NCBI RefSeq assembly: GCF_032444005.1
Contig: NC_091282.1
Span: forward strand, 1,109,614,001-1,109,678,000
DNA: 64,000 bases
Origin: Ranitomeya imitator
Lineage: Eukaryota
Direction: 5' to 3'
Every line of letters begins with the position of its first letter. Position 1 is the stretch's first letter. Positions 48,429-62,200 of this stretch are shown piece by piece. Below the pieces are notes generated by a model, which was not told the origin of the DNA, did not search any database, and worked only from the letters and a program-made list of their open reading frames with translations. The translations under genes were made by a program, and so were the position numbers.

Positions 48429-49145
48429 TAGGGTTGAGCGAAACGGGTCGAGATTTTTCAAAAGTCGCCGACTTTTGGCAAGGTCGGGTTTCATGAAACC
48501 CGACCCGACCCCAGTGTGGGGTCGGCCATGAAGTCGGCGATCTTTTGAATCTGGAATCGGAATTCCGATACCGATTCCCGATATGATTAAGATATCGGGA
48601 ATTGGTATCAGAATTCAGATTAAAGTGTAAAATAAAGAATTAAAATAAAAAATACCTATTAGGTATATACTCACCCTCGGAAGCGCCCTGCTTCCTTCCG
48701 ACAGCCTTCCTTCCTAAGAATCAGCGCTTGAAGGACCTTCGGTGACGTCACGGCTTCTGATTGGTCGCGCGAGCGGTCACATGGGCGGCCGCGCGGCCAA
48801 TCACAAGCCGCGACGTCACCGCCAGGTCCTGGAAGGCTGATTCTAAGGAAGGAAGACTGCCGGTTAGTACCAGGGCGCGTCAGAGGGTAAGTATTGCGAT
48901 ATTTTTTATTTTAATTCTTTATTTTACACTAAAATATGGATCGCAGGGCCTGAATGAGAGTTTCCGCTCCTTCAGACCCTGGGAACCATGGAAACCCAAT
49001 GCACTGCATTGGGTTTCGAGTTTCGGACGACCCCGACCCCGACTTTTTTATAGGATCGGCCGATTTCACTCGACCCGACTTTTGAAAAAGTCAGGTTTCG
49101 TGAAACCCGACCCGATCCTATAAAAGTAAAGGTCACTTATCCCTA
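48429..49145. mobile_element. hAT MITE (717 bp) with a perfect 8-bp TSD
   Basis: gtaacaat|tagggttgagcga ... tcacttatcccta|gtaacaat; subterminal aaacccga motifs. Confidence 0.93.
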
Positions 49146-49468
49146 GTAACAATATTTTGAAGTTTCAACTTTCAGATTCCATATTTCACCATCCACTACT
49201 GCTTTGAATATGAAACTATCATCGTTTTATAGACAATCATCTTGGCTATTTCATACATAAATTTGACTTGCAAATATTTAGCAAATAATTAGTTCTGCAG
49301 ATTCTTGTCATGTCACTGCATTGTTACTGTTTTGCTCCTGGTGGTAGAAAAGCCTTCTTCTTCCTGTTTACTACACATAACATATAACCTGTTTCACATT
49401 CCCTTACAGCTCAGTGTGTTATTAGGTTGAATGCCTAGCAAAAGTGGTTTGAATCGAGGAGCAGCCAT

Positions 49469-50390
49469 GAAGATGATTTCTCACAAAATGTGAAACAGCA
49501 TCATCCAGCTCATCAATAGTGGTCTCTCGGCCAAGAAAATTGCCAAACTGCATTATGTGAGTGCCATGACAGTTGGAAGAATACAAAATGAAGTATGTCC
49601 ATTGTTTCAAAAGCCAAGAGTTGAACGTCCAGGCAGAATATCGGAGTCAACAAGTCAGCTCAGCACAAGGTCTATCAGTTCTGGCTCTACAAACTCGGCT
49701 GAGGTGGTTGCTCATATGCTTCATAACAGTGAGATCACAGACGTCCATGCAAGCACTGTGTGATGTCCGTTACACACGTCTGGAATGGTGGCCTGAAAAA
49801 AGGTGAAGAAGCCTTAACTACAATGTCATAATAAAAAGCATTAGCTTGAGTTTGCAAAAAAGTACAAAAGTGGACAGTAGCAGTTTGGAAACGGGTGATT
49901 TGAAGCAATGAGGTGAACGTCATTAAGGCTCTGATAGATGAAAATAGGTCTGGAAGAAAAAACAGAAAAGGGAGCGAATGGATCGAGAAATTGAAGAAAC
50001 TGTCAAGTTTAGTGCAGGAAGCCTGATGATATGGGGTTGCTTCACAGCCAAAGCTGTTAAAAACATGACCACGATCGATTGTGGTCTCAATGCTGAGCTA
50101 TATGTGAGAATACTACAATGCAAGTTGCTTCATACACTCAATACTATGAGTATGCAGAGGATGACATAGTGTTCCAGCAGAACAAGGATCCGAAGAATTT
50201 GTTGTGATTGGCAAAGCAATGGTTCAATGACAATTAATTAGAGGTGCTGGATTGGCTGCCACAGTCCCCAGAGTTTGCCCAATCAATTAATCAATCAATC
50301 ACTTGTGGATATAGAGTTGAAGAAACAGCTGCATACATACCCAAGTGTGTTGACCGGTATGCACCAAATTTGTCTTTAAAATGAAGGTAG
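49469..50390 (+). pseudogene. Highly degenerate Tc1-like transposase
   Basis: GLSAKKIAKL, ETVKFSAGSLMIWGCF, FQQNKDP and LDWLPQSP remnants with many stops and frameshifts. Confidence 0.75.
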
Positions 50391-51892
50391 TCTCACCTTT
50401 GAAGCAGTAGTGGATGGTGAGATATGTAGCCTGAAATTCACAAGTTCAAAATATTGTTACCCTTTTGCTCATCAGTGTATGTATGCCTCTGGTACTTCAG
50501 GATTGCCAGTTCTTTCTGCCTGATTGTGGAGTTGGAGGTATAGTTTTTGGTTGGAGCTGGTGTTTGGAGTTCATTGTTGGGAGTTTTGCTTGTGTGCACA
50601 TCCTCTTCCTCTCCTATTTTGTTTCTACTACCTTTTAATTCCCCTATGTCCCACCAATGTTTGTTGTATGTATTTAATATGGTTGGTATTTTTATTTTTA
50701 ATTGTCCGTCTTTCCTTGTTTGTACAGTTAGTGTGTTCCTAAACACTTTAGTTTCCCTGGGTGTGGGGTGGAGGAGGGGACAGATCAACAGATCAGGAGC
50801 ATAGCATGGCATATGAACTTGGTGTCTCCACCTTCAGGAGTAATCCGGTAGAAAAGGATAGACTAAAGCACCCCTAGGTCTAGCAACCTGGTAAGCGCCA
50901 ATAGTCCCAACACCATTATGACAACATGATTCAGATAAAACCCCTGAAGGATCCTTTCACTGTAATGAGCCTGCAGAGTTACTTTGGACTTTTGCCTTTC
51001 TATTCAGAGGTGTACAAAACTGTGGCCAACTGTGCTTTTAAAATTACTGACATAGGGATGATAGGCCACACAGTATCCAAAGTGTCTCTATCTGCCTCAT
51101 TATAAGGCATCTTCTGCCAGTGATTCCATTTGAATCACGCATTTCAGAGACTTACACAGAAACCCTGGTGAAAGCATTTAGCAGAATAAATGTGAGCCGA
51201 GCATTTCTGCGATCTTTGGGAGACAGAAAAAACAAATCAACAGCGGGGCAAAAATTGGTTTTATTTATATATTATGCTATTTCTCATGCGGTAAAAGTGA
51301 TTAGACAACTGCATTCTTTGATTCAGTGTGATTACAGCGTTATCAGATTTATTTAGTTTTTTTATGTTTGGCCAGTATCACACAATGAAAGACGCTTATT
51401 TTTTACAAAAAGTTTCTGCATCTTCATATTTTAAGAGCTATAAGTTTTCAATATTTCTGCTAATAAAGTCATTTGAGGGCTTGTTTTTTATTATATGAAT
51501 TGACATTTATTGGTACCATTTTTGGTCAAATAACATTTTTTTATCACTTCCTATTCAAATTATTGGGAGGCAAAATAAACAAAAACTAGCAATTCAGGAA
51601 TATTTTTTTTTAAATGCCATTCACCGTGAGATAAAAGTGATAAGATTGCTTTATTGTTTGCTTCACTATGATTACAGAGATGCCAAATTTATATAATTTT
51701 GGCTGTACTTTTTTACTTTGTCCCTCCATGAGACTCTGATTACTCTGACCACTGGTATAGCTCATTGCAATGAACCAGCATTGCAATGCATTAGAAATGT
51801 CAGTATTACACTGACCGAAGCCTTTTAGACCATGCTCCTGGCATGGTATAAGCAGGCCACCGTTTCTGACAAGCCCAGAGGTCCATCATGAC

Positions 51893-52790
51893 TAGAGATA
51901 AGCGAATATTTCAATATTCGGTTCGGCTCATGATCGCCAAATTTTCAATATTTGCTGATTTAATCATTGAATATTCACCGATTACATCCATTTGAGTCAA
52001 TGAGAGGCAAAAGCAACCATATTCACAGCACAAGCTGTTTGACAGCGTGGGAAACACCGACATTTCGGTTATGATCAGCGGTCAGATTACCACCGCTAGA
52101 TCATTACCGCCGTCATATCCCTGTGGGGTCACATTGTCAGATGTTGGCATGGCCCCACAGAGATGCAGTGACCCACTGTAAAAAGTTTACCACAGGTCAG
52201 CAGGTGCCGGCTGATGAGATACTACTTCTCCGATCAGCCTATGTCTGCTGTCACAGATAACAGTGACAGCTGGTGCCGCTGATAGGAGAAGTATTGCCAG
52301 CCTGTGCTCAAAGTAAAAAAAGTAAATTAATTAAATAAATATTCAAATAGAAACAAAAAGCACATTATACTCACCTTACACCAAATCCCTGATGCTCTTG
52401 ACTCTTATAGAAAATGCAAAATAAAAAATCAACATATACTCACCTTAATGCCCAATCCCCGATGCCCATGTCTCCTATAAAAAAAAAAAAAATAAACCAC
52501 CACATATTTACCTGTCCACCGTAGTCCATGTAATCCTGAGCGTCCCATGGGGATCTCACTTGTAGAACAGTCACATCGGGAGATGTGACTGCTCTACCCA
52601 GCCTCCTGTGATACACTGATAGGAGGTAATCATTCCCAGAGTGTAAAGCACTGAGCTGCTGTGAGAGAGGTCACACAAGTTCATGATGAACTTTCGGTGA
52701 ACTTTCTCATGCAGCAGTGCTGCCATAAGTGAAATCAGCTGATGAATTTGTGTGACCTCTCTCTTAACAGCTCAGTGGTATACATTGCAG
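51893..52790. mobile_element. hAT-MITE-like remnant
   Basis: Starts tagagataagcgaatatt; internal tatactcacct repeats as in the other hAT MITEs; right end unresolved. Confidence 0.45.
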
Positions 52791-52799
52791 GATCGATTA

Positions 52800-53310
52800 C
52801 CTCTTACCTATACCCACCTACCTATAGCCAGCTGTCTTTGAAAGCAGTCACATCAGTGATGCCCCCGGAAGAAGAATTCTATCGAAACGTGGGTAGGGGA
52901 TTCACAGGTCCTGAGCCTTCTTATCGTGGTAACTATGTCTTGAGGCCTTTCCATACTTGCACTAAACCCACTATTTTTAGGTATTACTCATGGTATTTAT
53001 AGTCAGGTTTTTCCTCAGTACCAATAGCTTTAACTGGTCTATCCCACGCATCTTGTGGTGAGGTTATTGTGTATACATGCACTCAGCACTTTTCATGGTG
53101 GCTTATTTCATTTAGGTTTCCTTATACGTTTTTACCACCTCCATCACGTTGTATTACTTGGCATATAACCACTCAGTAGCTTGCCTAATATACGTGTTTT
53201 AGGTATCAGGGTATGCTCATATGTGACCTGTTATTTAGATCAGAGGTACTCTTTTATCTCATTATTGGTTTATTTTTTGATACTAATAAAATAAATTGTT
53301 TTTTGAACTT
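52800..53310 (+). mobile_element. Penelope pLTR-like remnant 7 with a degenerate hammerhead (52861-52899)
   Basis: cccc-cggaaga-agaattctatc-GAAA-cgtgggta-gggg; aataaa near 53285. Confidence 0.45.
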
Positions 53311-54432
53311 AACATTGATGTGGCCTGTCTGAATTTTCCATTGGGAGGCCCTTGTGTGCTCATGATTAGAGTTGAGCGACCTTGACCTTTTTAGAGTCGA
53401 GCCGGGTTTTGCGAAACCCGACTATGTCCAAAGTCGGGTCGAGTGAAATCGGCCGATTATGACGTAAAGTCGGGATCGACCGAAACACGAAACCCAATGC
53501 AAGTCAATGGGGCAGCATAGTCGGCAGTGAGTGGGGGCCAGGAAAACACCTAGAGTGCCCATTTTAATGTCAAAACCATCCATTCTTCTTAATGAAGCTT
53601 GTCAAGCGTAATTTACCTTATAATAATTGGAAGGCATTTGAAATTGGGGGTCATTTGGCTAAAGTTGTGGGGGGTAGGGCTGGTTCAAGTAATTAGTGGG
53701 CCCAGGAAATCTGGACCACGTCACGGCAGTGGAGCAGGGAGAGGTAAGTATTTCAACTTTGCAAGTGCTGTGAACCTGAGCAAGCAGGGGGGGCCCACTC
53801 GTTGGCATTGGCACTGGCACAGGGCCCCTCAAAGTACAGCGGTGTGTTTGCACGGCGGGGGCGCCTCCCACCGGCAGCAACACTTTTGCGTACTATGAGA
53901 GGCCCTGTGCCAGTGACGTCGCCAACTAGTATTCCTCCCCCCACCTGATGAAGGAACCTGCACTTTCATCTGCACCTTCCTCTTTGTCCCCGTGTAAGGT
54001 GGTATGGTATGCGGGAAGAGCAACCTGACTTTCAGCAGGGTCACAATGTTGTTGTGTAGCGTGCACGGGGAATGTTGCGTTATGGGTCAATGTACCAGCA
54101 GACTCATCTATCACTGGCTGGGCAATGGGCACGATGAAGTGGAAACACAGATATAGGCCCAAAGAAGAAAGTGGGCTAAATGCAGTTCAAAATTGGTAAC
54201 ACAGGAATAACCAGGGGGCATTGCAGTGGAGGACAACTGGAATGAGAGGCTGACACAGAGAGTAGGGCCAAATCAGTAAGTAGTCGAAATGCAGTTCAAA
54301 ATTGGCAACCGTAGTAAACAGGCGGCACAGCTTTGTTCAGTGGAGGAGAACAGCAAGGAGTGGCAGACACCGATAGTAGGCCCCAAACCAACTAGTACGC
54401 CAAATGCAGTTGTTCCATTTAACCACAATTTA

Positions 54433-55407
54433 ATGAGAGCCTGAAGATAGAAGCTCAGGAAAGGCAACCTGGGGAACACCTTGGAGTGTAACACACCATC
54501 TCTCTCCACCCCATACCCATTTTGTATGGCCTAATGCAGTGTACTTTTCTACAACTACTAAACGAGAGTCGGAAGACCGAAGCAATGGCAAGGAAACCTG
54601 GGGAACACCTTAGAGTGTAACACACCCTCTCTCTACACCCCATACCCAATTTGAAGGTCTAATGCAGTGTAGTTTCCAAGAACTACTAAACGAGAGCCGG
54701 AAGATCGAAGCTCAGGAAAGGCAACCTGGGGAACACCTTGGAGTGTAACACACCCTCTCGCTACACCCCATACCCAATTTGAAGGCCTAATGCAGCGTAG
54801 TTTCCAACAACTACTAAACGAGAGCCGGAAGATCGAAGCTCAGGAAAGGCAACCTGAGGAACACCTTGGAGTGTAACAAACCCTCTCTCTACACCCCATA
54901 CCCAATTTGTAGGCCTAATGCAGCGTAGTTTCCGACAACTACTAAACGAGAGCATGAAGATCGAAGCTCAGGAAAGGCAACCTGGGGAACACCTTGGAGT
55001 GTAACACACCCTCTCTCTACACCCCATACCCAATTTGTAGGCCTAATGCAGCGTAGTTTCCGACAACTACTAAACGAGAGCCGGAATATCGAAGCTCAGG
55101 AAAGGCAACCTGGGGAACACCTTGGAGTGTAACACACCCTCTCTCTACATCCCATACCCAATTTGAAGGCCTAATGCAGTGTAGTTTCCAAGAACTACTA
55201 AACGAGAGCCGGAAGATCGAAGCTCAGGAAAGGCAACCTGGGGAACACCTTGGAGTGGAACACACCATCTCTCTACACCCCATACCCAATTTGAAGGCCT
55301 AATGCAGCGTAGTTTCCAACAACTACTAAACGAGAGCCGGTAGATCGAAGCTCAGGAAAGGCAACCTGGGGAACACCTTGGAGTGTAACACAACGTCTCT
55401 CTACACC
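54433..55407. repeat. 128-bp tandem array, about 7.6 copies, inside hAT B
   Basis: agg(c/a)aacc recurs at 54462, 54591, 54719, 54847, 54975, 55103, 55231 and 55359. Confidence 0.95.
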
Positions 55408-55859
55408 ACGGAAGGGATGATTCTTAGGAAGGAAGGCTGTTGGAAATAAGCATTGCGCGTCCGAGGGTGATTAGATTCTTATTAGGTATATACTCACCCT
55501 CGGACGCGCCCTGCTTCTTTATTTGGAATGAATGTTTATTTGCAATGTGGTGTTGACTTTCTCTATTATTTTGGTAATTAATGATTTTATTATTTTCATT
55601 ATTTTGCATCTTCTCGGCAATAATATAAAGAAGACGCGACAGGACAACACTCGGTGGATGCCATATGTGTGTTTTCAATTTAAAAAAACTTTCAGTTAAC
55701 TACTTGCAGGAGAAAGTAATTGTAGCTGGTGGCCATTTTTAGTACTGTACCAGATTTTAGTTGTGTGTTTGTTTTTAATGTTAAAATGTCTGCATTTGAT
55801 ATCTCACCAGTATTTTCTTTTTTATAAGCAAAATACTTATTTTTATATTTTCTGATGTT

Positions 55860-58756
55860 GGTTCCAGGGGTACACGGCCAGCAGTGCCCTGGTCAGTGTA
55901 GTAGTAGTTGAAAGAATGGACCGCAGACAGGCATCGAAGGCCTAAAATAAAAACACATGGCTGTAGGCAATTTTAAATTGGTTCCAGGGGTACACGGACA
56001 GCAGTGGTGTGGTCAGTGGAGGCCTAGTGGAAGGAGTGACCGCAGACAGGCATCGAAGGCCTAAAATAATAACACATGGCTGTAGGCAATTTTAAATTGG
56101 TTCCAGGGGTACACGGACAGCAGTGGTGTGGTCAGTGGAGGCCTAGTGGAAGGAGTGACCGCAGACAGGCATCGAAGGCCTAAAATAATAACACATGGCT
56201 GTAGGCAATTTTAAATTGGTTCCAGGGGTACACGGGCAGCAGTGACCTGGTCAGTGTAGTAGTAGTTGAAAGAATGGACCGCAGACAGGCATCGAAGGCC
56301 TAAAATAAAAAAATTGGGCTGGCTGTAGGCAATTTTAAATTGGTTCCAGGGGTACACGGACAGCAGTGGTGTGGTCAGTGGAGGCCTAGTGGAAGGAGTG
56401 ACCGCAGACAGGCATCGAAGGCCTAAAATAATAACACATGGCTGTAGGCAATTTTAAATTGGTTCCAGGGGTACACGGACAGCAGTGGTGTGGTCAGTGG
56501 AGGCCTAGTGGAAGGAGTGACCGCAGACAGGCATCGAAGGCCTAAAATAATAACACATGGCTGTAGGCAATTTTAAATTGGTTCCAGGGGTAGACGGGCA
56601 GCAGTGACCTGGTCAGTGTAGTAGTAGTTGAAAGAATGGACCGCAGACAGGCATCGAAGGCCTAAAATAAAAAAATTGGGCTGGCTGTAGGCAATTTTAA
56701 ATTGGTTCCAGGGGTACACGGGCAGCAGTGACCTGGTCAGTGTAGTAGTAGTTGAAAGAATGGACCGCAGACAGGCATCGAAGGCCTAAAATAAAAAAAT
56801 TGGGCTGGCTGTAGGCAATTTTAAATTGGTTCCAGGGGTACACGGGCAGCAGTGACCTGGTCAGTGTAGTAGTAGTTGAAAGAATGGACCGCAGACAGGC
56901 ATCGAAGGCCTAAAATAAAAAAATTGGGCTGGCTGTAGGCAATTTTAAATTGGTTCCAGGGGTACACGGGCAGCAGTGGTGTGGTCAGTGGAGGCCTAGT
57001 GGAAGGAGTGACCGCAGACAGGCATCGAAGGCCTAAAATAATAACACATGGCTGTAGGCAATTTTAAATTGGTTCCAGGGGTACACGGACAGCAGTGGTG
57101 TGGTCAGTGGAGGCCTAGTGGAAGGAGTGACCGCAGACAGGCATCGAAGGCCTAAAATAATAACACATGGCTGTAGGCAATTTTAAATTGGTTCCAGGGG
57201 TAGACGGGCAGCAGTGACCTGGTCAGTGTAGTAGTAGTTGAAAGAATGGACCGCAGACAGGCATCGAAGGCCTAAAATAAAAAAATTGGGCTGGCTGTAG
57301 GCAATTTTAAATTGGTTCCAGGGGTACACGGGCAGCAGTGACCTGGTCAGTGTAGTAGTAGTTGAAAGAATGGACCGCAGACAGGCATCGAAGGCCTAAA
57401 ATAAAAAAATTGGGCTGGCTGTAGGCAATTTTAAATTGGTTCCAGGGGTACACGGGCAGCAGTGGTGTGGTCAGTGGAGGCCTAGTGGAAGGAGTGACCG
57501 CAGACAGGCATCGAAGGCCTAAAATAATAACACATGGCTGTAGGCAATTTTAAATTGGTTCCAGGGGTACACGGGCAGCAGTGACCTGGTCAGTGTAGTA
57601 GTAGTTGAAAGAATGGACCGCAGACAGGCATCGAAGGCCTAAAATAAAAAAATTGGGCTGGCTGTAGGCAATTTTAAATTGGTTCCAGGGGTACACGGAC
57701 AGCAGTGGTGTGGTCAGTGGAGGCCTAGTGGAAGGAGTGACCGCAGACAGGCATCGAAGGCCTAAAATAATAACACATGGCTGTAGGCAATTTTAAATTG
57801 GTTCCAGGGGTACACGGACAGCAGTGGTGTGGTCAGTGGAGGCCTAGTGGAAGGAGTGACCGCAGACAGGCTTCCAAGGCCTAACATAACAAACTTGGGC
57901 TGGCTGTAGGCACTTTTAAATTGGTTCCAGGGGTACACGGGCAGCAGTGGTCTGGTCAGTGGAAGTCTAGTGGAAGGAGTGACCGCAGACAGGCTTCCAA
58001 GGCCTAACATAACAAACTTGGGCTGGCTGTAGGCACTTTTAAATTGGTTCCAGGGGTACACGGGCAGCAGTGACCTGGTCAGTGTAGTAGTAGTTGAAAG
58101 AATGGACCGCAGACAGGCTTCGAAGGCCTAACATAACAAACTTGGGCTGGCTGTAGGCACTTTTAAATTGGTTCCAGGGGTACACGGGCAGCAGTGGTCT
58201 GGTCAGTGGAAGTCTAGTGGAAGGAGTGACCGCAGACAGGCTTCGAAGGCCTAACATAACAAACTTGGGCTGGCTGTAGGCACTTTTAAATTGGTTCCAG
58301 GGGTACACGGGCAGCAGTGGTCTGGTCAGTGGAAGTCTAGTGGAAGGAGTGACCGCAGACAGGCTTCCAAGGCCTAACATAACAAACTTGGGCTGGCTGT
58401 AGGCACTTTTAAATTGGTTCCAGGGGTACACGGGCAGCAGTGGTCTGGTCAGTGGAAGTCTAGTGGAAGGAGTGACCGCAGACAGGCTTCGAAGGCCTAA
58501 CATAACAAAATTGGGCTGGCTGTAGGCACTTTAAATTGGTTCCAGGGGTACATGGGCAGCAGTGTATGGTCAGTGGAAGTCTAGTGGAAGGAGTGACGGC
58601 AGACAGTCTTCGAAGGCCTAACATAACAAAATTGGGCTGACTGTAGGCACTTTTAAATTGGTTCCAGGGTAACACGGCCAGCAGTGGCCTGGTCAGTGTA
58701 GTAGTTGTAGAAAGAAGGGACCGCAGACAGGCTTCGAAGGCCTAACATAACAAAAA
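55860..58756. repeat. 119-124 bp tandem array, 24 copies with two interleaved variants, inside hAT B
   Basis: ggttccaggg recurs 24 times from 55860 to 58660. Confidence 0.96.
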
Positions 58757-59214
58757 TGTCAAAACAATGGTATTGTCAGTGCCAGGCATTGAAGGATGTC
58801 AGCGCCTAGACTACACATTGGTGAAGCTGTGAGAGATAATTTTGCTAGTGGTAGAGCACTGTTTGAGCTGGGGGGGGGAACTGTCTTGTGGCCGGCGTTA
58901 CAGGCACAGGGCCCCTCATATTACAACGGTGTGTCTGACGTTGGGTGCGCACCACCACCGCCAGAGACACTTTATTGTACTATGAGGGACCCAGTGGCAG
59001 TGCCGTCGACCAAAAGCGGCCACACCCACCTCTTCAGACAAACAGCACTTTCAAGGGTCCAAGCGCAAAGTGGCGATAGCACGGCCCCGTGTGGGGAGTT
59101 TGGCCATTTCGTGAGGTGGAAACATGTCGTATGCTGGACAATCAGGTGAAGAAAATTACGAGATTGGAAAAGTCATTCAGAATAGTCCACAGGCAAGACC
59201 TTTTCATAGGAAAG

Positions 59215-62200
59215 CTAGGTGTCAGCCGGGCAGGGTGGGGCAAAAGATTTTGAAATCCAGTTGTGGTTCATTTTAATGAAGGTTAGATCATCTACATTTT
59301 GGGTAGCCAGACGAGTCCTTTTTTCTGTTAGTATTGAACCTGCAGCACTGAATACTCTTTCTGATAGGACACTAGCTGCCGGGCAAGCAAGCTCCTGCAA
59401 TGCATATTCTGCCAATTCTGGCCAGGTGTCTAATTTGGATGCCCAGTAATCAAATGGGAATGACGGTTGAGGGAGAACGTCGATAAGGGATGAAAAATAG
59501 TTTGTAACCATACTGGACAAATGTTGTCTCCTGTCACTTTGAATTGATGCTGCAGTACCTGTCCTGTCTGCGGTCATAGAAAAATCACTCCACAACCTGG
59601 TCAGAAAACCCCTCTGGCCAACGCCACTTCTGATTTCTGCCCCTCTAACACCTCTGGTCTGCTGGCCCCTGGAGCTCGTGTGAGAACGATCACGGGCGCT
59701 GTGTGCAGGGAATGCCAGAAGCAAACGGTCAACAAGAGTTGATTGTTTTGTTGCTAATATTAGTTCCAAGTTCTCATGTGGCATAATATTTTGCAATTTG
59801 CCTTTATAGCGAGGATCAAGGAGGCAGGCCAACCAGTAACCGTCATCGTTCATCATTTTTGTAATGCGTGTGTCCCTTTTGAGGATACGCAAGGCATAAT
59901 CCGCCATGTGGGCCAAAGTTCCCGTTGTCAAATCTGCGGTTGTGCTTGGTTGAGGGGCAGTTGCAGGCAAATCTACGTCACTTGTGTCCCTCAAAAAACC
60001 AGAACCCGGCCTTGCCACGCCACCAATTTCCCGTGCCCCCGGGAAAGCTTCCTCATTAAAAATATACTCATCCCCATCATCCTCCTCATCCTCCACCTCC
60101 TCTTCGCCCGGTACCTCGTCATGTACACTGCCCTGACCAGACAATCGCTGACTGTCATCAAGGCTTTCCTCTTCCTCTGGTGCAGACGCCTGATCCTTTA
60201 TGTGCGTCAAACTTTGCATCAGCAGACGCATTAGGGGGATGCTCATGCTTATTATGGCGTTGTCTGCACTAACCAGCCGTGTGCATTCCTCAAAACACTG
60301 AAGGACTTGACACATGTCTTGAATCTTCGACCACTGCACACCTGACAACTCCATGTCTGCCATCCTACTGCCTGCCCGTGTATGTGTATCCTCCCACAAA
60401 AACATAACAGCCCGCCTCTGTTCGCACAGTCTCTGAAGCATGTGCAGTGTTGAGTTCCACCTTGTTGCAACGTCTATGATTAGGCGATGCTGGGGAAGGT
60501 TCAAAGAACGCTGATAGGTCTGCATACGGCTGGAGTGTACAGGCGAACGGCGGATATGTGCGCAAAGTCCACGCACTTTGAGGAGCAGGTCGATAACCCC
60601 GGATAACTTTTCAGGAAGCACTGCACCACCAGGTTTAAGGTGTGAGCCAGGCAAGGAATGTGTTTCAGTTGGGAAAGGGAGATGGCAGCCATGAAATTCC
60701 TTCCGTTATCACTCACTACCTTGCCTGCCTCAAGATCTACAGTGCCCAGCCACGACTGCGTTTCTTGCTGCAAGAACTCGGACAGAACTTCCGCGGTGTG
60801 TCTATTGTCGCCCAAACACTTCATAGCCAATACAGCCTGCTGACGTATGCCAGTAGCTGCCCCATAATGGGAGACCTGGTGTGCAACAGTGGCAGGTGCG
60901 GATGGAGTGTTTGTGCGACTGCGGTCTGTGGACGAGCTCTTGCTTCTGCAGGAGGAGGAGGAGGAGGAGGAGGAGGGGGTGCGAACGGCTACAGACAACT
61001 GTTTACTAGACCGTGGGCTAGGCAGAACTGTCCCAAACTTGCTGTCCCCTGTGGACCCTGAATCCACCACATTTACCCAGTGTGCCGTGATGGACACGTA
61101 ACGTCCCTGGCCATGCCTACTGGTCCATGCATCTGTTGTCAGGTGCACCTTTGTGCTCACAGATTGCCTGAGTGCATGGACGATGCGCTCTTTAACATGC
61201 TGGTGGAGGGCTGGGATGGCTTTTCTGGAAAAAAAGTGTCGACTGGGTAGCTCGTAGCGTGGTACAGCGTAGTCCATCAGGTCTTTGAAAGCTTCGCTTT
61301 CAACTAACCGGTAGGGCATCATCTCTAACGAGATTAGTCTAGCTATGTGGGCGTTCAAACCCTGTGTACGCGGATGCGAGGCTAAGTATTTCCTTTTTCT
61401 AACCATAGTCTCATGTAGGGTGAGCTGGACTGGAGAGCTGGAGATCGTGGAACTAGCGGGGGTGCCGGTGGACATGGCAGACTGAGAGACGGTGGGAGAT
61501 GGTATTGTTGCCGCCGGTGCCCTAGATGCAGTGTTTCCTACTACGAAACTGGTGATTCCCTGACCCTGACTGCTTTGGCCTGGCAAAGATACCTGCACAG
61601 ATACAGCAGGTGGTGCGCTAAATGGTGGTCCTACACTGCCGGAAGGGATGTTGCGTTGATGACTAGCTTCATTGGCCGAGGGTGCAACAACCTTAAGGGA
61701 CGTTTGGTAGTTAGTCCAAGCTTTCAAATGCATGGTGGTTAAATGTCTATGCATGCAACTAGTATTGAGACTTTTCAGATTCTGACCTCTGCTTAAGGAA
61801 GTAGAACATTTTTGACAGATGACTTTGCGCTGATCAATTGGATGTTGTTTAAAAAAATGCCAGACTGCACTCTTTCTAGCATCGGATACCTTTTCAGGCA
61901 TTGCAGACTGAGCTTTAACCGGATGGCCACGCTGTCCTCCACCAGGTTTTGGCTTTGCCACGCGTTTTGGGCAAGATACGGGCCCGGCAGATGGAACCTG
62001 TGGCGATGTTGATGCCTGCTGCGGCCCCTCCTCCTCCTCTGCTTCAGAACTGCTGCCGCCTGCACCCTGTTCCCCCAATGGCTGCCAATCGGGGTCAAGA
62101 ACTGGGTCATCTAATAACTCTTCTTGTACCTCCTGCGCAACTTCGTCTGTGTCACCGTGTCGTTCGGTGGTATAGCGTTCGTGATGGGGCAACATAGTCT

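Noticed and set aside
50438-50812. 124-aa minus-strand ORF
   Set aside because: It has no recognisable motif and could be an old LINE remnant or a chance ORF.
53944-53975. CTGATGA motif (also at ~25590) as a hammerhead
   Set aside because: There is no stem II followed by GAAA and no stem III or NUH site.
55860-58756. CRISPR-like appearance of the regular arrays (also 54433-55407, 31799-32458 and 8762-9520)
   Set aside because: Whole units are repeated with no unique spacers, there are no cas genes, and the context is eukaryotic.
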